Shown here: positions 34,546 to 49,500 of the stretch, piece after piece | Numbering within the stretch: the stretch's first letter is position 1 | Layout of the letters: every line of letters begins with the position of its first letter | Source of the DNA: Convolutriloba macropyga | Taxonomy: Eukaryota | Length of the DNA stretch: 64,000 bases | Reading direction: 5' to 3' | Assembly (NCBI RefSeq): GCF_964194025.1 | Contig: NC_134472.1 | Location: 31,310,001 to 31,374,000, forward strand | The notes under the pieces: model-generated | Databases searched by the model: none | The model's input: only the letters and a program-made list of their open reading frames with translations | What the model was told of the DNA's origin: nothing | Translations under genes and position numbers: made by a program

Positions 34546-37500
34546 CAATATTTCATAGCAAGATTTGAGGTTCGAAATTGTGCTCCATATTGAAACACCG
34601 GCTTTCTATCCCGTTATATCACACCCCCACCCCCACCCCCCACTTAATGAGTGGTGTAATATAAGGTATAAAGAGCTATACAATACCGTTCTAACAGAGC
34701 ATTTAAATGCAATTATTTCGAAACAATTAAATGTGCTAGTTGCCTCTGAATCAAGGAGTGCTACTCCTCCTACAATTGGACATTGCGCATCTGACTGAAA
34801 AGCAGGTTAGTGTTGAAGCGATCGTTGTGCTGTTCTATTTTCAATACAAGATCTAAGTTTTCTAGTGTCTCACGGAAAGAACAATTTTTCCTCAAGACTG
34901 CTGTCAAAAAGTCGTTGTCATCAGGGCTGCTTTGACACAAATTATCTTCTACACCTATGGCTACATCGATGCTTTCCAAAACATAAACTTGAAATTGTTG
35001 GTTAATCAGCTCTAGCCTAGACTGGTGACTATTTGGGTATTAACGATGCTGATTTTTCGAATTCAGAAATACACCGAGTTAAGATTTTTCAACCGGTATT
35101 ATCCTGACATTTTATTTTGCAAATTGCTATTTTTGGTGTTTTGCTGCAGCAGATTTCACGTCATTGTGATCCCAATATTTATTAAAAAGATTTCAAAGGC
35201 TGATCATGAAATGATTTCTTGTTTTGTGAAGTGTGTTTGCAGTTTGTTCTCAATGTTAGCAATGCGGTCCAAGTTAGACTACTCATCGTTCATGAAAGGT
35301 AAAAATCGTTGGAAAGACATCGGTTGTGTGGTAGCTTGTGTTATGCTTAAATAGCACCAGATCGATGTATATTGTCATGCCAATTGATTTTCGTAGTTGC
35401 CTATATAGCGTTTAAAAGGTATATGTCAACTCAGGTAACTATTGAATGTTGAAACAGTTGCTACTTAAATGATTTAAGTGGTTGGTCGAGCATGTATTTA
35501 CTGATATCTATTTTCTTCAAGATATATGAGAAAACTGCATATCGTGGACCAACTATATATAAATTGGCACGAAATCCGCTGGCAAGCTTGTGTTTGAACT
35601 AGGTTGTAATTTTCTATGATTTGGTATTTTAGCCTATAAGCAAGTCAGTTTTCTTATAAATGATTTTAGATATTCATTGAATTCAAGAAAGTCGTACTTT
35701 TTCCTGCATTCCTTAACTGTTTTTCAAATTCCCAATTGTTCTTTAATTTTGAAATTGTGCAAGCGAAAGAGCAAAACTGTACACTCCTCCTACAATTGGA
35801 CATTGCGCGTCTGACTGAAAGAGATCGTTGTGCTGTTCTATTTTCAATAGAAGATATAACTTTTCTAGTATCTCATGGAAAGAACAACTTTTTCTCAATA
35901 CTGCTGTCAAAAAGTGGTTGTCATCAGAGGTGCTTTGACACAAATTATCTTCTACACATATGGCTCTATCGATGCTGTCCAAAACAAACTTGATATTGTT
36001 GGTTAATCAGCTCTAGCCTAGACTGGTGACTATTTGTGTTTTAACGATGCTAATTTTTCGAATTCAGAAAAACACCGAGTTAAGATTTTTAAACCGGTAT
36101 TATCCTGACAATTTATTTTGCAAATTGTTAATTTTTTGTGCTTTTTTGCTGCAGCAGCATTCATGTCATTGTGATCCCGATATTTCTTACAAAGATTTTA
36201 CAAGGCTGATCAAGAAATAATTTCTTGGTTTGTGAAAAGTGTGTTTCAAGTTTGTTCTCAATGTTAGCAATGCTGTCCAAGTTAGACTACTAATCGTTCG
36301 TGGAAGGTAGAAATCGTTGGAAAGACATCGGTTGTGTGGTAGCTTTTATTATGCTTAAATAGCACCAGATCGATGTATATTGTGATGCCAATTGATTTTC
36401 GTAGTTGCCTAGATAGCGTTTAAAAAGTATATGTCAACTCAGGTAACTTTTGATTGTTGAAACAGTTGCTACTTAAAGGGAGTTAAGTGGTTGGTCGAGC
36501 ATGTATTTACTGATAACATCTAATTTCTTCAAAATATATGAGATAACTGCATTTCCTGGATCAACTATATATAAATTAGCATGAAATCCGCTGGCAAGCT
36601 TGTGTTTGAAATAACTTGATCTTGCATAGGCTGTAATGTTCTATGATTTGGTATTTCAGCCTAAAGGCAAGTCATAGTTTTTTTAAATGATTTCAGATAT
36701 TCTTTGAATTCAAGAAAGTTGTTTTTTTCCTGCATTCCTTAACTGTTTTTCAATTTCCCAATTGTTCTTTCATTTTGAAATTGTGCAAGCGAAAGAGCAA
36801 AACTGTACACTCCTCCTACAATTGTACATTGCGCATCTGACTTAAAGAGATCGTTGTATTGTTCTATTTTTAATAGAAGATATAACTTTTCTAGCATCTC
36901 ATGGAAAGAACAACTTTTCCACAAGACTACTGTCAAAAAGTTGTCGTCATCAGAGCTGCTTTGACACAAATTATCTTCTACACACATGGCTACATCGATG
37001 TTTTCCAAAACAGAAACTTGAAATTGTTGGTCAATCAGCTCTAACCTAGACTGTTGACTATTTGTGTATTAACGATGTTGATTTTTCGAATTCAGAAATA
37101 AATCGAGTTAAGATTTTTCAATCGGCATTATCCTGACAATTTATATTGCAAATTTGTATTTTTTTGTGCTTTTTTGCTGCAGCAGCTTTCATGTCATTGT
37201 GATCCCAATATTTTTAAAAAGATTTTACAAGGCTGATCATGAAATGAATTCATGTTTGGGAAAAGTGTGTTTTTAGTTTGTTCTCAATGTTAGCAATGCG
37301 GTCCAAGTCAGACTACTCATCGTTCATGAAAGTTTAAAATTGATGAAAAGACATTCTTTGTGTGGTGGCTTGTGTTATGCTTAAATAGCACCAGATCGAT
37401 TTATATTGTCATGCCAATTCATTTTCGTAGTTGCCTAGATAGCGTTTAAAAGGTCTATGTCAACACAGGTAACTATTGAAAGTTGAAACAGTTGCTACTT

Positions 37501-40500
37501 AAATGGAGTTAAGCGGTTGGTCGAGCATGCTTTTTCTGATAACATCCGTTTTCTTCACAATTTATGAGAAAACTGCATATTGTGGACCAACTATATATAA
37601 ATTGGCATGAAATCCGCTGGCAAGATTTTGTTTGAAAAGACTTGATCTTGCATAGGCTGTAATGTTCTATGATTTGGTATTTTAGCCTAAAAGCAAGTCA
37701 TAGTTTTTTATAAAAGATTTTAGATATTCATTGAATTCAAGAAAGTCGAACTTTTTCCTGCATTGCTTAACTGTTTTTCAAATTCCCAATTGTTCTTTCA
37801 TTTTGAAATTGTTCAAGCGGAAGAGCAAAACTGTACACTCCTCCTACAATTGGACATTGTGCATCTGACTAAAAGAGATCGTTGTGCTGTTTTATTTTTA
37901 ATAGAAGATATAACTTTTCTAGTATCTCATGGAAAGAACCAATTTTTCTCAAGACTGCTGTCAAAAAGTCGTTGTCATCAGAGCTGCTTTGACACAAATT
38001 ATCTTCTACACATATGGCTACATCGATGCTTTCCAAAACAAACTTGAAATTGTTGGTTAATCAGCTCTAGCCTAGACTGGTGACTATTTGTGTTTTAGGG
38101 ATGCTAATTTTTCGAATTCAGAAAAACACCGAGTTAAGATTTTTAAACCGGTATTATCCTGACAATTTATTTTGCAAATTGTTAATTTTTTGTGCTTTTT
38201 TGCTGCAGCAGATTCCATGTCATTGTGATCCCAATATTTCTTACAAAGATTTTACAAGGCTGATCATGAAATAATTTCTTGGTTTGTGAAAAGTGTGTTT
38301 CAAGTTTGTTCTCAATGTTAGCAATGCGGTCCAAATTATGCTACTAATCGTTCGTGGAAGGTAGAAATCGTTGGAAAGACATCGGTTGTGTGGTAGCTTG
38401 TAATATGCTTAAATAGCACCAGATAGATGTATATTGTCATGCCAATTGATTTTCGTAGTTGCCTAGATAGCGTTTAAAAAGTATATGTCATTTCAGATAA
38501 CTATTGATTGTTGAAACAGTTGCTACTTAAATGATTTAAGTGGTTGGTCGAGCATGTATTTACTGATATCTATTTTCTTCAAGATATATGAGAAAACTGC
38601 ATATCGTGGACCAACTATATATAAATTGGCACGAAATCCGCTGGCAAGCTTGTGTTTGAACTAGGTTGTAATTTTCTATGATTTGGTATTTTAGCCTATA
38701 AGCAAGTCAGTTTTTTTATAAATGATTTTAGATATTCATTGAATTCAAGAAAGTCGTACTTTTTCCTGCATTCCTTAACTGTTTTTCAAATTCCAATTGT
38801 TCTTTCATTTTGAAAATGTGCAAGCGAAAGAGCAAAACTGTACACTCCTCCTACAATTGGACATTGCGCATCTGACTAAAAAAGATCGTTGTGCTGTTTT
38901 ATTTTTAATAGAAGATATAACTTTTCTAGTATCTCATGGAAAGAACCAATTTTTCTCAAGACTGCTGTCAAAAAGTCGTTGTCATCAGAGCTGCTTTGAC
39001 ACAAATTATCTTCTACACATATGGCTACATCGATGCTTTCCAAAACAAACTTGAAATTGTTGGTTAATCAGCTCTAGCCTAGACTGGTGACTATTTGTGT
39101 TTTAGGGATGCTAATTTTTCGAATTCAGAAAAACACCGAGTTAAGATTTTTAAACCGGTATTATCCTGACAATTTATTTTGCAAATTGTTAATTTTTTGT
39201 GCTTTTTTGCTGCAGCAGATTCCATGTCATTGTGATCCCAATATTTCTTACAAAGATTTTACAAGGCTGATCATGAAATAATTTCTTGGTTTGTGAAAAG
39301 TGTGTTTCAAGTTTGTTCTCAATGTTAGCAATGCGGTCCAAATTATGCTACTAATCGTTCGTGGAAGGTAGAAATCGTTGGAAAGACATCGGTTGTGTGG
39401 TAGCTTGTAATATGCTTAAATAGCACCAGATAGATGTATATTGTCATGCCAATTGATTTTCGTAGTTGCCTAGATAGCGTTTAAAAAGTATATGTCATTT
39501 CAGATAACTATTGATTGTTGAAACAGTTGCTACTTAAATGATTTAAGTGGTTGGTCGAGCATGTATTTACTGATATCTATTTTCTTCAAGATATATGAGA
39601 AAACTGCATATCGTGGACCAACTATATATAAATTGGCACGAAATCCGCTGGCAAGCTTGTGTTTGAACTAGGTTGTAATTTTCTATGATTTGGTATTTTA
39701 GCCTATAAGCAAGTCAGTTTTTTTATAAATGATTTTAGATATTCATTGAATTCAAGAAAGTCGTACTTTTTCCTGCATTCCTTAACTGTTTTTCAAATTC
39801 CAATTGTTCTTTCATTTTGAAAATGTGCAAGCGAAAGAGCAAAACTGTACACTCCTCCTACAATTGGACATTGCGCATCTGACTAAAAAAGATCGTTGTG
39901 CTGTTCTATTTTTAATGGAAGATATAACTTTTCTAGTATCTTATGGAAAGAACAACTTTTCCACAAGACTACTGTCAAAAAGTTGTCGTCATAAGAGCTG
40001 CTTTGACATAAATTATCTTCTACACACATGGCTACATCGATGTTTTCCAAAACAGAAACTTGAAATTGTTGGTCAATCAGCACTAGCCTAGACTGTTGAC
40101 TATTTTTGTATTAACGATGTTGATTTTTCGAATTCAGAAATACATCGAGTTAAGATTTTTCAATCGGCATTATCCTGACAATTTATATTTCAAATTTGTA
40201 TTTTTTGTGCTTTTTTTGCTGCAGCAGCTTTCATGTCATTGTGATCCCAAAATTTTTAAAAAGATTTTACAAGGCTGACCATGAAATGATTTCAGGTTTG
40301 TGAAAAGTGTGTTTACAGTTTGTTCTCAATGTTAGCAATGCGGTTCAAGTCAGACTACTCATCGTTCATGAAAGTTTAAAATTGTTGGAAAGACATCGTT
40401 TGTGTGGTGGCTTGTGTTATGCTTAAATAGCACCAGATCGATTTATATTGTCATGCCAATTCATTTTCGTAGTTGCCTAGATAGCGTTTAAAAGGTATAT

Positions 40501-43500
40501 TTCAGCACAGGTAACTATTGAAAGTTGAAACAGTTGCTACTTAAATGGAGTTAAGTGGTTGGTCGAGCATGTTTTTTCTGATAACATCCGTTTTCTTCAA
40601 AATTTATGAGAAAACTGCATATTGTGGACCAACTATATATAAATTGGCATGAAATCCGCTGGCAAGCTTGTGTTTGAAAAAACTTGATCTTGCATAGGCT
40701 GTAATGTTCTATGATTTGGAATTTTAGCCTATAAGCAAGTCATAGTTTTTTATAAAAGATATTAGATATTCATTGAATTCAAGAAAGTCGAACTTTTTCC
40801 TGCATTGCTTAACTGTTTTTCAAATTCCCAATTGTTCTTTCATTTTAAAATTGTGCAAGCGGAAGAGCAAAACTGTACACTCCTCCTACAATTGGACATT
40901 GCGCATCTGACTGAAAAGCAGGTTAGTGTTGAAGCGATTGTTGTGCTGTTCTATTTTCAATAGAAGATCTAACTTTTCTAGCATCTCGTGGAAAGAACAA
41001 TTTTTCCTCAAGAATGCGGTCAAAAAGTTATTGTCATCGGAGCTGCTTTGACACAAATTATCTTCAACACCTATGGCTATATCAATGCTTTCCCAAACAG
41101 AAACTTGAAATTGTTGGTTAATCAGCTCTAGCCTATTCTGGTGACTATTTGTGTATTAAAGATGCTGATTTTTCGAATTCAGAAATACACTGAGTTAAGA
41201 TTTTTCAACCGGTATTATCCTGACAATTTATTTTGCAAATTGATATTTTTTGTGCTTTTTTGCTGCAGCAGCTTTCATGTCATTGTGATCCCAATATTGA
41301 GTGGTGTAATATAAGGTATAAAGAGCTATACAATACTGTTCTAACAGAGCATTTAAATGAAATTGTTTCGAAACAACTAAATGTTCTAGTTTCCTCTGAA
41401 TCAAGCAGTGTTACTCCTCCTACAATTGGACATTGCGCATCTGACTGAAAAGTAGGTTGGTGTTGAAGAGATCGTTGTGCTGTTCTATTTTCATTAGAAG
41501 ATCTAATTTTCTAGTATCTCATCGAAAGAACAATTTTACCTCAAGACTGCTGTCAAAAAGTCGTTGTCATCAGAGCTGCTTTGACACAAATTATCTTCAA
41601 CACATATGGCTATATCGATGCTTTCCAAAAAAGAAGCTTGAAATTGTTGGTTAATCAGCTCTAGCCTAGACTGGTGACTATTTGTGTAATAACGATGCTG
41701 ATTTCTCGAATTCAGAAATACACCGAGTTAAGATTTTCCAACCGGCATTATCCTGACAATTTATATTGCAAATTTGTATTTTTTGTGCTTTTTTTGCTGC
41801 AGCAGCTTTCATGTCACTGTGATCCCAATATTGAATTGAGTGGTGTAATATAAGGTATAAAGAGCTATACAATACTGTTCTAACAGAGCAATTAAATGCA
41901 ATTGTTTCGAAACAACTAAATGTTCTAGTTCCCTCTGAATCAAGGAGTGTTACTCCTCTCACAATTGGACATTGCGCATCTGACTGAAAAGTAGGTTGGT
42001 GTTGAAGAGATTGTTGTGCTGTTCTATTTTCAATAGAAGATCTAACTTTTCTAGTTTCTCATGGAAAGAACAACTTTTCCTCAAGACTGCTGTCAAAAAG
42101 TTGTTGTCATCAGAGCTGCTTTGATACAAATTATCTTCAACACATATGGCTATATCAATGCTTTCCTAAACAGAAAGTTGAAATTGTTTGTTAATCAGCT
42201 CTAGCCTAGACTGGTGACTATTTGTGTATTAATGATGCTGATTTGTCGAATTCAGAAATACACCGAGTTGAGATTTTTCAACCGCATTATCCTGACAATT
42301 TATTTTGCAAGTTGGTGTTTTTGTGCTTTTTTGCTGCAGCAGCTGTCATGTCATTGTGATCCCAGTATTTCTTAAAAGGATGATTCAAGGCTGATCATGA
42401 AATGATTTCTTGTTTTGGGAAAATTGTGTTTCCAGTTTGTTCTCAATGTTAGCAATGCGGTCCAAGTTAGACTACTCATCGTTCATGGGAGGTAAAAATT
42501 GTTGGAAATACATCGGTTGTGTGGTTGCTTGTGTTATGCTTAAATAGCACCAGATCGATGTATATTGTCATGCCAATTGATTTTCGTAGTTGCCTATATA
42601 GCGTTTAAAAGGTATATGTCAACTCAGGTAACTATTGAATGTTGAAGCAGTTGCTACTTAAATAGATTTAAGTGGTTGGTCGAGCATTTATTTACTGATA
42701 TCTATTTTCTTCAAGATATATGAGAAAACTGCATATTTTGGACCAACTATATATAAATTGGCACGAAACCCGCTGGCAAGCTTGTGTTTGAACTAGGTTG
42801 TAATTTTCTATGATTTGGTTTTTTAGCCTTTAAGCAAGTCATAGTTTTTTTTATAAATGATTTTAGATATTCATTGAATTCAAGAAAGCCGTTCTTTTTC
42901 CTGCATTCCTTAATTGTTTTTCAAATTCCCAATTGTTCTTTCATTTTGAAATTGAATTTTGCAAGCGAAAGAGCAAAACTGTACACTCCTCCTACAATTG
43001 GACATTGCGCATCTGACTGAAAGAGATTGTTGTGCTGTTCTATTTTTAATAGAAGATATAGCTTTTCTAGTATCTCATGGGAAGAACAATTTTTCCTCAA
43101 GACTACTGTCAAAAAGTTGTGGTCATCAGAGCTGCTTTGACACAAATTATCTTCTACAAACATGGCTACATCGATGCTTTCCAAAACATAAACTTGAAAT
43201 TGTTGGTTAATCAGCTCTAGCCTAGACTGGTGACTATTTGTGTATCAAAGATGCTGATTTTTGGAATTCAGAAATACACCGAGTTAAGATTTTTCAACCG
43301 GTATTATCCTGACATTTTATTTTGCAAATTGCTATTTTTGGTGTTTTGCTGCAGCAGATTTCACGTCATTGTGATCCGAATATTTATTAAAAAGATTTCA
43401 AAGGCTGATCATGAAATGATTTCTTGTTTTGTGAAGTGTGTTTGCAGTTTGTTCTCAATGTTAGCAATGCTGTCCAAGTTAGACTACTAATCGTTCGTGG

Positions 43501-46500
43501 AAGGTAGAAATCGTTGGAAAGACATCGGTTGTGTGGTAGCTTTTATTATGCTTAAATAGCACCAGATCGATGTATATTGTCATGCCAATTGATTTTCGTA
43601 GTTGCCTAGATAGCGTTTAAAAGTTATATGTCAACTGAGGTAACTATTGGATGTTGAAACAGTTGCTACTTAAAGTGAGTTAAGCGATTGGTCGAGCATT
43701 TATTTACTGATAACATCTGTTTTCTTCAAGATATATGAGAAAACTGCATATCGTGGACCAACAATATATAAATTGGCATGAAATCCGCGGGCAGGCTTGT
43801 GTTTGAAGTAGGCTGTAATTTTCTATGATTTGTTATTTTAGCCTCTAAGCAATTCATAGTTTTTTATAAATGATTTTAGATATTCATTGAACTCAAGAAA
43901 GTCGTACTTTTTCCTGCATTCCTTAACTGTTTTTCAAATTCCCAATTGTTCTTTCATTTTGAAATTGTGCAAGCGAAAGAGCAAAACTGTACACTCCTCC
44001 TACAATTGGACATTGCGCATCTGACTGAAAAAGATCGTTGTGCTGTTCTATTTTTAATAGAAGATATAACTTTTCTAGTATCTCATGGAAAGAACAACTT
44101 TTCCTCAAGACTGCTGTCAAAAAGTCGTTGTCATCAGAGCTGCTTTGACACAAATTATCTCAACACATATGGCTATATCGATGCTTTCCAAAACAGAAAC
44201 TTGAAGTTAATGGTTAATCAGCTCTAGCCAAGACTGGTGACTATTTTTGTAATAGCGATGCTGATTTTTCGAATTCAGAAATACACCGAGTTAAGATTTT
44301 TCAACCGGCATTATCCTGACAATTTATTTTGCAAGTTGGTATTTTTGTGCTTTTTGCTGCCGCAGCTTTCATGTCATTGTGATCTCAATATTTCTTTAAA
44401 AAATGTTACAAGGCTGATCATGAAATGATTTCTTGGTTTGTGAAAAGTGTGTTTCCAGTTTGTTCTCAATGTTAGCAATGCGGTCCAAGTTAGACTACTC
44501 ATCGTTCATGGAAAGTAGAAATCGTTGGAAAGACATCGGTTGTGTGGTAGCTTGTATTATGCTTAAATAGCACCAGATCGATGTATATTGTCATGCCAAT
44601 TGATTTTCGTAGTTGCCTAGATAGCGTTTAAAAGTTATATGTCAACTGAGGTAACTATTGGATGTTGAAACAGTTGCTACTTAAAGTGAGTTAAGCGGTT
44701 GGTCGAGCATGTATTTACTGATATCATCTATTTTCTTCAAGATATATGAGAAAACTGCATATCGTGGACCAACAATATATAAATTGGCATGAAATCCGCG
44801 GGCAGGCTTGTGTTTGAAGTATGCTGTAATTTTCTATGATTTGGTATTTTAGCCTCTAAGCAATTCATAGTTTTTTATAAATGATTTTAGATATTCATTG
44901 AACTCAAGAAAGTCGTACTTTTTCCTGCATTCTATAACTGTTTTTCAAATTCCAATTGTTCTTTCATTTTGAAAATGTGCAAGCGAAAGAGCAAAACTGT
45001 ACACTCCTCCTACAATTGGACATTGCGCATCTGACTAAAAAAGATCGTTGTGCTGTTCTATTTTTAATGGAAGATATAACTTTTCTAGTATCTCATGGAA
45101 AGAACAACTTTTCCTCAAGACTGCTGTCAAAAAGTCGTTGTTATTAGAGCTGCTTTGACACAAATTATCTTCAACATATATGGCTATATCGATGCTTTCC
45201 AAAAAAGAAGCTTGAAATTGTTGGTTAATCAGCTCTAGCCTAGACTGGTGACTATTTGTGTAATAACGAAGCTGATTTCTCGAATTCAGAAATACACCGA
45301 GTTAAGATTTTCCAACCGGCATTATCCTGACAATTTATTTTGCAAGTTGGTATTTTTGTTTTTTTTTTTGGTGCAGCAGCTTTCATGTCATTGTGATCCC
45401 AATATTTCTTAAAAAGATGTTACAAGGCTGATCATGATATGATTTGATTTGTGAAAAGTGTGTTTCCAGTTTGTTCTCAATATTAGCAATGCGGTCCAAG
45501 TTAGACTACTAATCGTTCATGAAGGTAAAAATCGTTGAAAAGACATCGGTTGTGTTGTAGCTTGTATTAAACATAAATAGCACCAGATCGATGTATATTG
45601 TCATGCCAATTGATTTTCGTAGTTGCCTAGATAGCGCTTATAAGTTATATGTCAACTGATGTAACTATTGGATGTTGAAACAGTTGCTACTTAAAGGAGT
45701 TAAGTGGTTGGTCGAGCATGTATTTACTGATAACTTCTATTTTCTTTAAGATATATGAGAAAACTGCATATCGTGGACCAACTATATATAAATTGGCATG
45801 AAAATCCACTGGCAAGCTTGTGTTTGAACTAGGCTGCAATTTTCTATGATATGGTATTTTAGCCTATAAGCAAGTTATATATTGTTATAAATGATTTTAG
45901 ATATTCAATGAAATCAAGAAAGTCGTACTTTTTCCTGCATTCCTTAATTGTTTTTCAAATTCCCAATTGGTCTTTCATTTTGAAATTGAATTGTGCAAGC
46001 GAAAGAGCAAAACTGTACACTCCTCCTACAATTGGACATTGCGCATCTGACTAAATGAGATCGTTGTGCTGTTCTATTTTTAATAGAAGATATAACTTTT
46101 CTAGTATCTCATGGAAAGAACAACTTTTCCTCAAGACTGCTGTCAAAAAGTCGTTGTTATTAGAGCTGCTTTGACACAAATTATCTTCAACACATATGGC
46201 TATATCGATGCTTTCCAAAAAAGAAGCTCAAAATTGTTGGTTAATCAGCTCTAGCCTAGACTGGTGACTTTTTGTGTAATAACGATGCTGATTTTTTGAA
46301 TTCAGAATTACACCGAGTTAAGGTTTCCCAAACGGCATTATCCTGACAAGTTATTATGCAAGTTGGTATTTTTGTGCTTTTTTGCTGCAGCAGCTTTCAT
46401 GTCATTGTGATCCCAATACTTCTTAAAAAGATGTTACAAGGCTGATCATGAAATGATTTGATTTGTGAAAAGTGTGTTTCCAGTTTGTTCTCAATGTTAG

Positions 46501-49500
46501 CAATGCGGTCCAAGTTAGACTACCAATCGTTCATGGAAGGTAAAAATTGCTGAAAAGACATCAGTTGTGTTGTAGCTTGTATTAAACATAAATAGCACCA
46601 GATCGATGTATATTGTCATGCCAATTGATTTTCGTAGTTGCCTAGATAGCGTTTAAAAGTTATATGTCAACTGAGGTAACTATTGAATGTTGAAACAGTT
46701 GCTACTTAAAGGAGTTAAGTGGTTGGTCGAGCATGTATTTACTGATAACTTCTATTTTCTTCAAGATATATGAGAAAACTGCATATCGTAGACCAACTAT
46801 ATATAAATTGGCATGAAAATCCACTGGCAAGCTGGTGTTTGAACTAGGCTGCAATTTTCTATGATTTGGTTTTTTAGCCTATAAGCAAGCTATATATTGT
46901 TATAAATGATTTTAGATATTCATTGAAATCAAGAAAGTCGTACTTTTTCCTGCATTCCTTAATTGTTTTTCAAATTCCCAATTGTTCTTTCATTTTGAAA
47001 TTGAATTGTGCAAGCGAAAGAGCAAAACTGTACACTCCTCTTACAATTGGACATTGCGCATCTGACTAAATGAGATCGTTGTGCTGTTCTATTTTTAATA
47101 GAAGATATAACTTTTCTAGTATCTCATGGAAAAAACAACTTTTCCTCAAGACGGCTGTCAAAGAGTCGTTGTTATCAGAGCTGCTTTGACACAAATTATC
47201 TTCAACACATATGGCTATATCGATGCTTTCCAAAAAAGAAGCTTGAAATTGTTGGTTAATCAGCTCTAGCCTAAACTGGTGACTATTTGTGTAATAACGA
47301 TGCTGATTTCTCGAATTCAGAAATACACCGAGTTAAGATTTTCCAACCGGCATTATCCTGACAATTTTTTTGCAAGTTGGTATTTTTGTTTTTTTTTGGT
47401 GCAGCAGCTTTCATGTCATTGTGATCCCAATATTTCTTAAAAAGATGTTACAAGGCTGATCATGAAATGATTTGATTTGTGAAAAGTGTGTTTCCAGTTT
47501 GTTCCCAATGTTAGCAATGCGGTCCAAGTTAGACTACCAATCGTTCATGGAAGGTAAAAATCGTTGAAAAGACATCGGTTGTGTTGTAGCTTTTATTAAA
47601 CATAAATAGCACCAGATCGATGTATATTGTCATGCCAATTGATTTTCGTAGTTGCCTAGATAGCGTTTAAAAGTTATATGTCAACTGAGGTAACTATTGA
47701 ATGCTGAAACAGTTGCTACTTAAAGGAGTTAAGTGGTTGGTCGAGCATGTATTTACTGATAACTTCTATTTTCTTCAAGATATATGAGAAAACTGTATAT
47801 CGTGGACCAACTATATATAAATTGGCATGAAAATCCACTGGCAAGCTTGTGTTTGAACTAGGCTGCAATTTTCTATGATTTGGTATTTTAGCCTATAAGC
47901 AAGTTACATATTGTTATAAATGATTTTAGATATCCATTGAAATCGAGAAAGTCGTACTTTTTCCTGCATTCCTTAATTGTTTTTCAAAATCCCAATTGTT
48001 CTTTCATTTTGAAATTGTGCAAGCGAAAGAGCAAAACTGTACACTCCTCTTACAATTGGACATTGCGCATCTGACTGTAAAGTAGGTTGGTGTTGAAGAG
48101 ATCCTTGTGCTGTTCTATTTTCAATAGAAGATCTAACTTTTTAGTATCTCATGGAAAGAGAAGACTGCTGTCAAAAAATCGTTGTCATCAGAGCTGCTTT
48201 GACACAAAATATCTTCTACACATATGGCTACATCGATGCTTTCCAAAACATAAACTTGAAATTGTTGGTTAATCAGCTCTAGCCTAGACTGGTGACTATT
48301 TGTGTATTAACGATGCTGATTTTTTGAGTTCAGAAATACACCGAGTTAAGATTTCAACCGGCATTATCCTGACAAGTTATTTTGCAAGTTGGTATTTTTG
48401 TTTTTTTTTTTGGTGCAGCAGCTTTCATGTCATTGTGATCCCAATATTTTTTAAAAAGATGTTACAAGGCTGATCATGAAATGATTTGATTTGTGAAAAG
48501 TGTGTTTCCAGTTTGTTCTCAATGTTCGCAATGCGGTCCAAGTTAGACTACCAATCGTTCATGGAAGGTAAAAATTGTTGAAAAGACATCGGTTGTGTTG
48601 TAGCTTGTATTAAACATAAATAGCATCAGATCGATGTATATTGTCATGCCAATTGATTTCCGTAGTTGCCTAGATAGCGTTTTAAAGTTATATGTCAACT
48701 GAGGTAACTATTGAATGTTGAAACAGTTGCTACTTAATGGAGTTAAGTGGTTGGTCGAGCATGTATTTACTGATAACTTCTATTTTCTTCAAGATATATG
48801 AGAAAACTGCATATCGTGGACCAACTATATATAAATTGGCATGAAAATCTACTGGCAAGCTTGTGTTTGAACTAGGCTGCAATTTTCTATGATATAGTAT
48901 TTTAGCCTATATGCAAGTTATATATTGTTATAAATGATTTTAGATATTCAATGAAATCAAGAAAGTCGTACTTTTTCCTGCATTCCTTAATTGTTTTTCA
49001 AATTCCCAATTGTTCTTTCATTTTGAAATTGAATTGTGCAAGCGAAAGAGCAAAACTGTACACCCCTCCTACAATTGGACATTGCGCATCTGACTAAATG
49101 AGATCGTTGTGCTGTTCTATTTTTAATAGATTATGTAACTTTTCTAGTATCTCATGGAAAGAACAACTTCTCCTCAAGACTGCTGTCAAAAAGTCGTTGT
49201 CATCAGAGCTGCTTGGACACAAATTATCTTCAAAACATATGGCTATATCGATGCTTTCCAAAACAGAAACTTGAAATTGTTGGTAAATCAGCTCTAGCCT
49301 AGACTGGTGACTACTTGTGTATTAACGATGCTGATTTTTCGAATTCAGAATTACACCGAGTTAAGGTTTCCCAACCGGCATTATCCTGACAAGTTATTTT
49401 GCAAGTTGGTATTTTTGTGCTTTTTTGCTGCAGCAGATTTATGTCATTGTGATCCCAATACTTCTTAAAAAGATGTTACAAGGCTGATCATGAAATGATT

